This document shows, one piece after another, positions 37,916 to 49,080 of a DNA stretch of 64,000 bases (position 1 is its first letter; each line of letters starts with the position of its first letter). The notes under the pieces were generated by a model that worked only from the letters and a program-made list of their open reading frames with translations, was not told the DNA's origin and did no database searches. The stretch lies in assembly GCA_950097015.1 (NCBI GenBank), contig CATNEN010000028.1, forward strand, positions 434,001-498,000. Reading direction: 5' to 3'. The stretch comes from Macrostomum hystrix (Eukaryota > Animalia > Platyhelminthes). A program made the translations under genes and the position numbers.

Positions 37916-40900
37916 TCACACTTCTGCCGAGGTGTGCAAAACTGCTGACTTGCAGCGACCCACAATTCGATCCATCGTCCACACCGCAGCTTGCCGATCG
38001 CGTTTGGCTTGCGCTTCCGTCGCCGCCGACTCGGCAGCAGCCGCAACCGCAGCCGCAACCGCAGCCGCAGACGCCGCTGCTGGATGCTTTGCCGGCGATG
38101 CGGCAACGGCAGACGCCGCGGCTGCGACAGCGGCAGACGCTGACACGGCGGCTGAGTCGGCATGTCCGCTGCATAGGTGCGCTTCGATGCGGTCAAGCCT
38201 CTGACGAAGCTCGTTCAGTGCGGCCGCAACCTCACCGACTCCACCAACGCCGCCGCCACCTCCACCAACGCCTTGCCCAAGCTCGGTCTGGCGACCCTTC
38301 AGCGCAAAGATTTGATAGATAAAGAAGTACAGGCAGTTTTTTGGGCTGGAACGAGGCAGATGGCGCTGAGCCAGGCAGCGGTTGCAGCTATTGAAGATTG
38401 TTTTGCAGAGCAGCAGCGGAATATCCAGGACGTTCAGCGGCGGCGGGAAGGGGGAGCGAGCCTTGAACTCAGCCACCAGATCGTAGCGCTCAAACTGCCA
38501 TAGGGCGCGAGACTTTCCGTGAATCTCATCGACCGTCTTACTGAACAGGGCGATGAGCAGATTCAGCAGGAGTACATTAGTGATGATGATGTACACGATT
38601 AGAAAGAAGTCAGGAACCACCACCTTGCCGATGGAGTGCGGAGTAGGGCATTCTGCCTGGCCACAGTGCTTACCACCTAATAAACTTTCGTCGGAGTACT
38701 CACCCAGCATAGTGTAGAATGTGAACCGCAGCATGTTCTCCATTACCTAGATTGGGATCGTGAGTATAATGAAGGAACTACATAGCATGTGCACGCATGT
38801 GACATAATTAGAGAGTAGACGAGTGGCCTCACCTGAATAGAGCTGGCCGCCTTATGTGTAGATTTTGTTCCATTGTTGGAGAATGGCGGGAACAAGAGCG
38901 CCTGAAAAGTGACCCCGAAACCAGCCATGAAGACAAGCACAATGGATAGAAACGGTATGAGATCCTGCAGCACCATCTTGGAGATCATTTTCAGCTTTGG
39001 TCCGAGACTCTCTAGCACTGAAAGCACGTACAGCATTCGCATATAGAAAGCCAGCAGAGCAACACAGTACATAATCCGAGTATAGTACAGGTTGGTGTGC
39101 ACCATGCCGGCCACCTGCTCCGCTGTGCAGCCGCACAGGTTGTGATCGTGCGAGTGCACCGTCGACTGGCCAAGGCAGCAGTACAGGTAGGTCGCCCACC
39201 GGATTACAAGGCCCACAGTGGCCGAACCGAGCGAAGCCATGTCGAGCATGTTCCACTTGCTAGTGAAATAGTGATGGAGGCTCTTGCTGCGCAGACTAAT
39301 CAGGAACTCGCGAACCTCTTCTAGAAAGTAGCCGAAGAGAAAGACGTATAGAACATATTCCCAGAAGGAGCAGCGCTCTTCAACATCAAACAAAACGATT
39401 TGACTGAGTAAAAGAAGGAAGGCCACGTTGAATACGGTGTGATACCAGAACTTTGTAGAGGGTATTCCATAAAAGTCTCGGATGAGGGAAAAATAGTACA
39501 AGAATGGATTTCGAACTTTGGTTGGAATAATCAGGGTTGCCAGATCACTATTTGGGTTGCTGCCGTCCAAGTGATGATCGGTGGCTTTTGAGCTGTTGCC
39601 GTCGCTGTTACTAGAAACGCCACCAGCTCGGCTTGTTCCAGCAAAGCCCGTGGTAGCATTGGTATTTCGACCACGGAAAACGGACGTCTTCCGTTGCTTG
39701 AAATCCGACTCAAACGTCCGAATGCTGTACGACTTATTGCCTAGACCTCGGCGTCGAACGTTGTGGCAGTAGTTGAAGAAGAATGGCAACATTATGAAGA
39801 ATGGCGTCATGCCGGCAAAGAACAGCAGTAGCTTTTTGCATCGGCGGAACTGGTAGGTTGACAAATACCAGTCGAGGTCCAGAGCCGTCTGGCAGACTGG
39901 GAGCTGCATGAAGCGCGCGGATTCGCCAATAGCCGCCAGGTCGATGCAAGAGAAGCCGCCGTATCTTGGTAGGCCCTCTCTAATAAAGCGCAAAGTAACA
40001 GCACTCCTTGGCGATGTATCCATTGTGCTGCTCACTGTGAGGGCGTCGATAACGATGCTTTCGCAGCGATTGGCGCACTGCAGAAACGGCTGCTCCTGCG
40101 TCACAGTGAGCTGAGAATTCTTTAACAGTCCACGAAGTAGAACAACAGAGAAGAGACCCAGTGGGATGATATCTGTAGTCTCCATGCGGAGTAGCAGTTC
40201 GGTGAGCTGAAACTTCTCCATGAGAATCGACCACACGACTAGCGTTCGGAGTGGATCCTTTAGCAATTGGTATTTGTCCTTGTGGCCATGTGCCAAATTT
40301 ACCATAGTCAGGTCACGCAGCCAACTGCAGATTCTATCAAACATCAATTGATCGTCATTGACAAACTGCTCCTTTATGAATGGTATAAAGGTAGTAGAGC
40401 AGCGTGTTGGGCACTGGATGTACAGCTCAGCAATATTCGCTTCGATCAGTGTCAGCATCCTCTGCCAGATGCTGCCGCACTCCGTCACGCAGGTAACAAC
40501 GTCAAGATCGTCACGATACAAGCCAAACTTAACCACGGCACTAGTGAGCTGTTGCAAGCCGGTCTCGTCGGAACGGTTGTGCAGGCGACGATGGAATCGT
40601 AGCAGACACTGCCTGAGGTCGTCAGCATCTAAGTTGACCGATGTCAAAGCGGCACGCAGGACGGCCGCCTCAGCTTCATCGTCAAGCTGCTCAAGTTGCA
40701 GCTGCTGACCGCCACAGCCCGTCATGCACTCCCACGCGAGTTCGCTTCGCTTGCAAAGACTGTTTGACCGGCTGATGGTCTTCAGCACCACCAGCAGCTC
40801 GTGATACTTAGGAATGAGCAGCGCACTCGGTCGCGAGTCGGAAGAGACCTGCTTTGCAAAGTAGAGGCAGAGCTCGCGCACCAGCTGCTGATTGTTGTTG

Positions 40901-41892
40901 AGCAGCAGGAGGTCGATAGGTGTAACGCCGGACTTGTCGCAGAGCTCCAACTTGGCGCCGCGGTCCACTATGTAGGTTAGGAGCTCCATATTGCCATTGA
41001 TGGCCAGGATATGTAAGCAGGTCCGGCCGTTTCGATCAGTCGCGTTGGCATCCGTGAACTGCAGCAAGCAGTCGATGAGCTCGCGGCGTTCCTCCATGGC
41101 GGCACGGTGCAGCGGCAAGCAGCCGAGTCGGTCGCGAGCATCCGGCCGAGCTCGATAATAAAGGAAGATGGTGACGAACTTGCTGTCCCGGATGGAGCAG
41201 CAACGGTGCAGGCAATAGTCGCCGTTCGGATACGGCAGGTTTGGGTCGGCTCCGGACTCGAGCAGATTCACAACAAGCCGGATGTCCTCGTTATTCAAAG
41301 CCAGATGGAGCGGCACCAGGCCACGCTTGTTACGCAAATTCAAATTGGCGCCCCGCCTCGCCAGCACCTTGAAAAAGTCGGAGTCGCGCCGTTCTACGCT
41401 CAGGTGAGCAACGGCGTTGCCAGTGCTGACATCCTGCAGGTCGAGTGCGCAGGAGCGCGCTAGCAGGGCCTCGCGATACCACGACTCGCCGTCGGTGTAC
41501 ACGGCACTGATCAGAGGCACGCCGTCTTTGTAGAACAGGCAGCTGAGACTGGCACCTCGCTGCAGCAGCAAGCTAAACAAGGCCTTATTGCGCAGCTTAT
41601 AGGCGTAGGCCAGCGGTCGCAGATTGTTAGCTAGCTCTTCGTTAAGCAGCTCGGGACTCTCCAACAGCATCGCTTTCACCTCGGGCAGATTGCCTGCGGT
41701 CAGGGCCGCCATCAGGCGGTCGCCAAACGGCGATATCTTAAAGAAGCGCTCCTTGGTGCGGGACAGAGCCGAGCCGAGCCGGCTCTCCCAGTTGCTGTTC
41801 TCAGCGGCTGCCGGAGCGGGCGCTGGAGAAGTCTCTGGCTCGGCTACCGAAACGACCGGGTTGCCGTCGCTGTGTCGGTGGTGGCGGGCCAT
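37916..41892 (-). CDS. TRPM-type cation channel with N-terminal ankyrin repeats; exons 38833-41892 and 37916-38746 (~1296 aa)
   Basis: About 8 ankyrin repeats; MHR4-like LVVWSILMEK..IIPLGLF; FYGIPSTKFW, WNMLD, LGPKLKMISKMVLQDL.PF, LLLNLLIALFS, WQFERY TRP box, PPPLNVL, C-terminal coiled coil; 86-bp phase-0 intron CAG|gtgagg...ctag|GTA. Confidence 0.9.
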
Positions 41893-42559
41893 GCCGATGT
41901 AAGAGTTCTACTAGACAATCGCCTCTCAGAAAGCTATGTTCGCTGAGAGATGGGAACCGATTCCATGAGCAGCAATTTAAGCTGCTGCTAGTCTTTGAAG
42001 CCCGCGTACGCCCGTACTTGGCATTCACGTAGTCAGTTGGTCTCTAATCGCAGGATGTTGGCAATTTCATGCCTCTGCGCATGCCGTCCATTGCAGCGAA
42101 AGCGAATAAACAGCCACTGACAAACTGACAGACTCTTAACTCTTGCCATATGATTCGGCGAAATTGAAACGATTAATTCAGCGGGTGAGCTGAAAACTCA
42201 TGCGGCTTGTCGGCCAAGTCAGCTGACATCCTGTTGCTGTGTCCTTCAGATCTGGCCAGTGCACAAACACTTAATTTTAGTTGGCAATCAAGTATATTTT
42301 TTAGCTCAGATTTCGTTCACTCTGTAGCTATTTCTTAGAAAGGAAATTTTGGTTGGATTAGTCTACTGCTGTTTTGAAGATAAATGACTAACAAAATAGC
42401 AAAATAATCGAAAACAAAAATACAAGCAAACATTGAGAATTTAAAATTGCAATGCGAGACTAGGCCATGTATTGAGAATCAATGATTACATTTCCACAGT
42501 GGCTTCTGTTGAATATTGAGATAGGGTGATCGTAGCTTATTTTTTCTTCTATAAATTTA

Positions 42560-42672
42560 TGCACCCGCCCTAAGTACCCCAGCTGATGCTAGTGCCCTTT
42601 CAACAGTGAAGTAGAAAATAAAGACCCCGACCTTTTAGTCGTGATTCCGACGCTATAATCACTAGGCTACAA
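42560..42672 (-). mobile_element. Internally deleted SINE family 1 copy
   Basis: cacccgccctaagtaccccagctgatgct and ccccgaccttttagtcgtgattccgacgc match the reverse complement of the 2920-3090 copy. Confidence 0.65.
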
Positions 42673-42755
42673 GCTTAGAGAAGCATGTAACTTCTATAAC
42701 AAAAGTATTGTCTGATTCCCTTTCACTTCTAGCCGCAGTCGGCTGCTAATCCTGG

Positions 42756-43866
42756 TCACTCTTGGTCAAATCGGCAGATTCGTTCTTGTTTTTCCGTTTC
42801 TCTTTGACGCTTCTCTCCTGCCGTTGAGCGCCGGACGCGGCAGGCCGAGATTTCACCTTGGACAGCTTGCGCGAAGAAGCCTCGCCAGAAGAAGTTGTCG
42901 GCTCCTCGCGTGCTGCTGAAATCGCTGGCGCCGCTCAGTGCGCCCAAATCGCAGCTTCTATTCTGCTGCTGCTGCAGCTGACGGCGCGAAGATGAATCCG
43001 GCAGACGACAGCACTGATGGAGTCGCTGATCGCAGCTGCACGAGCGAGTGAGCAGGGCCACTTCCAGCTGCTCGTTGCTCCGATCCAGCTGAGCAGTCAG
43101 AGCCTCTATGGTCTCCTCGAAGTCGTTGCTGGCTGCCGCAGTTGGGCGCTGACCCGCACTGGTTAGTTTAGCCTCAGCTTCGGTCAGGGCGGCACTCAGG
43201 CGAGCTCGCGCCGACTGACTGGCGTCCAGCTGGCGTCGGAAACTCACCAATCGACGGCGCAGATCCCGACGCTCCGCTTCGGCTGATTCGCGTTGACGCC
43301 GCGCCTCCTCTTGGACGGCATCTAGCTCAGCTGCCTGCGACTCCAGACGGGCCGTCAGTGCGTCCACCGTGTCCTGAAGATCCGCCGATCGCTGTCTCCA
43401 GTGGGCGACGGTCCTATCGTCGCTGGCATGATGTCTGAGGGACAAAGATAGGTGACGCGGTATGAATCAGGGCAGCGAGAAATCAGTCAGGTAGTTATAA
43501 GACACCAGTGAGGTTTCAGAGAGACCAGTGAGGTGTCAGAGATACCAGTGAGGTTTCAGAGATACCAGTGAGGTTTCAGAGATACCAGTGAGGTTTCAGA
43601 GATACCAGTGAGGTTTCAGAGAGACCAGTGAGGTGTCAGAGATACCAGTGAGGTGTCACAGAGACCAGTGAGGTGTCACGGAGACCAGTGAGGTGTCAGA
43701 TGATGGAATCAGGTGTCAGGTGTGGCCTCACTGTTTTAGCTGTTGATGTGGCTCATTGCGCCCTGCAAGCATGATAATGATCTGGTTGACACCGGCCTGA
43801 ATTCTGTCCAGTTTAACACTTGCTGGACTTTGTTGAACAGTCTTTTTGCCTCTGGTCTGTGCGTCC

Positions 43867-43897
<31 letters not shown>

Positions 43898-44012
43898 ATG
43901 TCTGCAAATTTGAAGACTTTGACTTTCTGTCAGTGTCGACAATGCTTGTCGACTCTGCTTGGCCAGTCGGTCTTCCGTCGATGAAATCTTGGCTGGAATT
44001 TTCAGTCGACAT
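42756..44012 (-). CDS. Uncharacterised coiled-coil protein, exons 43732-44012 and 42756-43434
   Basis: ATG at 44012, donor CA|gtgagg, acceptor ccctcag|A, phase 2 consistent; heptad-rich LQDTVDALTARLESQAAELDAVQEEARRQ. Confidence 0.65.
43500..43700. repeat. 20-bp minisatellite (gagaccagtgaggtttcaga), fills most of the coiled-coil gene intron
   Basis: Direct. Confidence 0.93.
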
Positions 44013-44409
44013 TTTGCGCGCAAACACAAAAAATAATTTCCAAGAAAGCCGCCGTCATTTATAGCCGCAGCTGGTATATTGCGACACTGTTTCCGATATT
44101 ATTTATGCCAGGTGAAAATTTATGTTTTACTCGGTGCATAGATGGTATTTAGTGAATGTAGGCCAGATGATAACATTCATTATCATTTAGGAGAGACTGC
44201 ACAGCTCTGTGACCGAATAAACAAAGTTTTTCTGGCCGCATCGGTTATGCATAGGGGGTAAACGTGATTGTGCAGCACCGTGCCAAAGTGTGATTTTTGT
44301 TGCAAGTAATATTGCACTGCAATTTAAACATTTTCAGGTAATTCTGATTAGAATCAGCGAGGCAGGACTCGCTTGTCATCACTGTGGCCTGCAGAGCGTT
44401 AGAAGAGAC

Positions 44410-44960
44410 TGTGGGGTGTCAGAGTATGTAGCGGGTGTCAGAGGATTCTGTAAGGTGTCAGGGTATGCATTGGGGTGTCAGAAGATTCTGTAAGGTGTCA
44501 GGGTATGCATTGGGGTGTCAGAAGATTCTGTAAGGTGTCAGGGTATGCATTGGGGTGTCAGAAGATTCTGTAAGGTGTCAGGGTATGCATTGGGGTGTCA
44601 GAAGATTCTGTAAGGTGTCAGGGTATGCATTGGGGTGTCAGGAGATTCTGTAAGGTGTCAGGGTATGCATTGGGGTGTCAGAAGATTCTGTAAGGTGTCA
44701 GGGTATGCATTGGGGTGTCAGAAGATTCTGTAAGGTGTCAGGGTATGCATTGGGGTGTCAGAAGATTCTGTAAGGTGTCAGGGTATGCATTTGAGTTTCA
44801 GAGGATTCTGTGAGGTGCCAGATGATTCAGCGGCAAGTCAGGGGATGCTGTGGAGTGTCAGAGGGTTCTGTGTGGTATCCTAGGAGTTTCGGGGTGTCAA
44901 AAGATGCTGTGGGATGTCGAGGGATGCTGTAAACGATGTCAGGAAGGCTTTTGGGATCAC
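44410..44960. repeat. 40-bp (2x20) minisatellite (ggggtgtcagaagattctgtaaggtgtcagggtatgcatt)
   Basis: Direct. Confidence 0.93.
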
Positions 44961-45270
44961 ACTAGAATGCAAGCGAGTCCATTAAAAAGCGGTGCAGTTG
45001 GGGCAGTTGTAAATTGCGAAAGAGTCAAACAGTTTCTGAAGGTTTAATTGCTATGCAGATAACCTAAAATAATCAGAAGCGAGTTATGCAAGACAAAATC
45101 ACGTTATATATTTTGCACCAAAAAAGTAAACGTACCGAAATGGAATGCATAAAAAAATCGTTGAAGAATTGTAGAATTTCCCTTTAAAATTAATTTTTTT
45201 CGCTTTTAACGCTACTTTCAGTAACAGTATAGATGTTATAAAAAATAAATTGCGAAGTTTTGTACCAAAA

Positions 45271-47323
45271 TCACAGCTTAGAAGCTGCGAAGCGGCTGGC
45301 AGACATAAAGCCGATGTCCTCGCTGATTGGCTGTCCGGTGGCCATCTCGGTCAGCAGCTGGCCAATCACAGGGCCCAGCTTGAAGCCGTGGCCTGAGGGG
45401 TGTTTGGGCAGCGATGGGCATATTTTTTCGTAGGAAAATTGAGGAAAAGTTCAAGAATCTGATAAGGATTATACAAGTACATCAGTCTGAGGATCTCTCC
45501 TCAGAGTAGTAAAGTCCAGTGGCATAGCCGCTTCCCGTGCAACAAGACTGTGTACATTAGCTCAGTACATGGACTTGGGGACTGACACACCAACCAAATT
45601 TCTTTCACAGCTGAGTGAAATGTGGCACAAGGGAATCTCAGTTAAAAAATTATAACAGAAAAAAAGCTTCACGACATAAGAGAATCAATCGGTTTATTCC
45701 TGCTATTCGCACCTGAGCAGCCGCACACAAAGACAATGTTCCGATGCTTCGGGTGCCTGTCGACAATCAGACCGCAGTCTGGCGTCATCTGCAATCATCG
45801 ACAAAAGTACAAGCGACCAGTATCAGAGCCGAACAATCTTACTATTGGGTAGCGAATCAGCTCACAGTGTAGATGCATTTCTCAGTTACCGCGGGCTCCG
45901 GGATCAGGTCGGGAAATCTTTTGAGCACAAACTCAGTCAGCTGGGGCAGGTAGGACGGCTGCCGCTGACTGGGAGTCTCGCGACGGTCCGGATCCACGTC
46001 TGGTCCGTCGTGCATGCAGATCTGTTTAACAGTAGAAAGAAAACGTTGGCTATTTGAAATACTCGAATTTTTCTTTTTTGTGTATCTCTTAAAATATTCA
46101 ACAAATCGACACGAAAGTCCAGAAACTTTCCGCCCTATCCTATGAAACAACTTTCAGGATCCCAAAACATCGCCATCGTCGAGATATTCAATGATTCTCG
46201 TCGGGGTGAATTTCATCATGGAACCATGTCAGCAATAAAATTTGCTCCTATTGTATTGATTTTATAGTTCATTTTTTAGCAAGATTAATTAAAATAAGGG
46301 TTTACACTGAGCAATGTTACTTGTCCTTGTCACCAGGGTCTTCGACAAGAATCAATGAATACCTCCACGATGCTGCACACCGCACACCTTGACCATGCCG
46401 GGGTACTCAAGCTCTGGAAGGCCGTAGACGTGAAATCCTTTCTCCTGAAAATCGAAGGTCGGCAACTTGTCGGGTCCGAAGCCGCCGCTGTCGCCGCCGT
46501 CAGCCGGTCGCTGTCGCCGCTGCCAGTACATGGCGGTGACGCCGATGGGACGCAGCGGCAGCCGCAGTCCCAGGCCGCCCAGCAACTGGCCAGCCCACGC
46601 ACCGACCGCCAGCACCACCGAGTCGGCCGTCAGCTGCTCAGCGGCCGAGAAGGCACCGCTACCACCGAGGTGGAGGCGGACGGAGCCGTCTGGCTGCGGC
46701 TCGACGCTGGTCACGCGGACGCAGTCGCGGAGGCGGCCGCCCAGCTGGGCCACTCGAGAGCGCAGCGCCTGCATGCACCTGTGGGTTGTGCCATAGACTA
46801 AATTAGATTTTCAACGTCTACGCTTCCCAGACAAAATCCTGAGTGCCGTGAGGTTTAGACTTGAATATAAAAGCCAATCAACTCACTTGTCGGCCAGCAA
46901 GATGCCAGCGCTCGGGTCGAGCACACAGTCTTCGAATTCTGCTAGTTGAGGAAATCGAGCAGACAACGATGAGCCAGTCAAGCGCTCAACGGGCATGGAG
47001 TTCGATTCCAGTACCTGAGTAATGTTCTGCAAGTACTCAGCCGAGCCAAGGGTGGCCATACCGCAGTTGATGAAGAGCCGCTGACCGCTCAGACTCTCCA
47101 GGCGACTCCACAGCGGAAAGGCCCGCCGCATCAGCCGAGCATACTCGACCTGTTCGTAGGCGTAGCGGGTGATGCGGCTGTGGCCGTGGCTGCTGCCCCG
47201 ACTGTGCGGCATCGGGAATTGCTCCAGCAGCGTCACCCGGTGGCCGAGCTCCAGCAGCTGCCACGCTGCGCTTAGTCCGTTGACACCGCCGCCAACCACC
47301 GCCACGTGGAGCTGCCGCTCTGC
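45271..47323 (-). CDS. PIPOX: Peroxisomal sarcosine oxidase / pipecolate oxidase paralog A (exons 46887-47323, 46388-46778, 45866-46021, 45713-45788, 45271-45392); ends ASKL*; start codon absent
   Basis: VAVVGGGVNG, SRGSSHGHSRITR, VKICMH, EKCIYT, TPD, GCSGHGFKLGPVIG; all junctions GT-AG and frame-consistent. Confidence 0.9.
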
Positions 47324-47325
47324 CT

Positions 47326-48600
47326 GCAAGTTGCAGTGATGTGCCAGGAGTTGCAGTGATGTGTCAGGAGTTGCAGTGATGTGCCAGGAGTTGCAGTGAT
47401 GTGCCAGGAGTTGCAGTGATGTGTCAGGGGTTGCAGTGATGTGTCAGGGGTTGCAGTGATGTGGCAGGAGTTGCAGCGATGTGTCAGGAGTAGCAGTGAG
47501 GTGTCTGGAGTTTCAATGAGGTTTTAAGAGTTGCAGTGATGTGTCAGGAGTTGCAGCGATGTGTCAGGAGTAGCAGTGAGGTGTCTGGAGTTTCAATGAG
47601 GTTTTAAGAGTTGCAGTGATGTGTCAGGAGTTGCAGCGATGTGTCAGGAGTTGCAGTGATGTGGCAGGAGTTGCAGTGAGGTGTCTCGAGTTTCAATGAG
47701 GTTTTAAGAGTTGCAGTGATGTGTCAGGAGTTGCAGTGATGTGGCAGGAGTAGCAGTGATGTGTCAGGAGTTGCAATGAGGTTTTAAGAGTTGCAGTGAT
47801 GTGTCAGGAGTTGCAGCGATGTGTCAGGAGTTGCAGTGATGTGGTAGGAGTTGCAGTGAGGTGTCTCGAGTTTCAATGAGGTTTTAAGAGTTGCAGTGAT
47901 GTGTCAGGAATTGCAGCGATGTGTCAGGAGTTGCAGTGATGTGGCAGGAGTAGCAGTGATGTGTCAGGAGTTGCAGCGATGTGTCAGGAGTAGCAGTGAT
48001 GTGGTAGGAGTTGCAGCGATGTGTCAGGAGTAGCAGTGATGTCTCAGGAGTTGCAGTGATGTGGCAGGAGTTGCAGCGATGTGTCAGGAGTTGCAGTGAG
48101 GTGTCTCGAGTTTCAATGAGGTTTTAAGAGTTGCTGCGATGTGTCAGGAGTAGCAGTGATGTGTCAGGAGTTGCAGTGATGTGGTAGGAGTTGCAGTGAG
48201 GTGTCTCGAGTTTCAATGAGGTTTTAAGAGTTGCAGTGATGTGTCAGGAGTTGCAGTGATGTGTCAGGAGTAGCAGCGATGTGTCAGAAGTAGCAGTGAG
48301 GTGTCAGGAGTTGCAATGAGGTTTTAAGAGTTGCAGTGATGTGTCAGGAGTAGCAGTGATGTGTCAGGAGTTGCAGCGATGTGTCAGGAGTTGCAGCGAT
48401 GTGTCAGAAGTAGCAGTGAGGTGTCAGGAGTAGCAGTGAGGTGTCAGGAGTAGCAGTGAAGTGTCAGAAGTAGCAGTGAGGTGTCAGGAGTAGCAGTGAG
48501 GTGTCAGGAGTAGCAGTGATGTGTCAGAAGTAGCAGTGAGGTGTCAGGAGTAGCAGTGAGGTGTCAGGAGTTGCAATGAGGTTTTAAGAGTTGCAGTGAG
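47326..48600. repeat. 20-bp minisatellite (ttgcagtgatgtgtcaggag), abutting the PIPOX-A first acceptor
   Basis: Direct. Confidence 0.96.
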
Positions 48601-49080
48601 GTATTTTCACATCTGTCTGTCGCTTTGAGAATCATTGATCATTTTTAGGACAAGCTTTTTTATTAACTACTGAGAAGTAAATGTTAGATTAATTTTAAGG
48701 GGGAAGTAATGTATCACTGTAAAAAATGACAATGAACAAGAAAATATGACAGACCTAGTTTGCTTGATCAGAAATTTTTTATCTCACAGAAGAAAAAAAC
48801 ACTGCTTCAATGACAATATTTATGAACAAAAAATCAGATGCACTAAAGAAAGAAAAAAATAGGATTTTCAAATTCAATATGTTTATTTTGACAAAAGAAC
48901 ATTGCAGTTGGAAGAGAAAAAACAATTAGTACAAGGGAAATAGTCACTAAGGGTGATAGGAAGAATAGCGATTTGGGAAGAGTCATAATTAAATAGTCAT
49001 GCGATGAAAATGTCAAATAAAAAATACGTTTCATAGAAAATTTCTTAGAATGTAAACAATTTCTTGAAGTTCAAAGCCCT

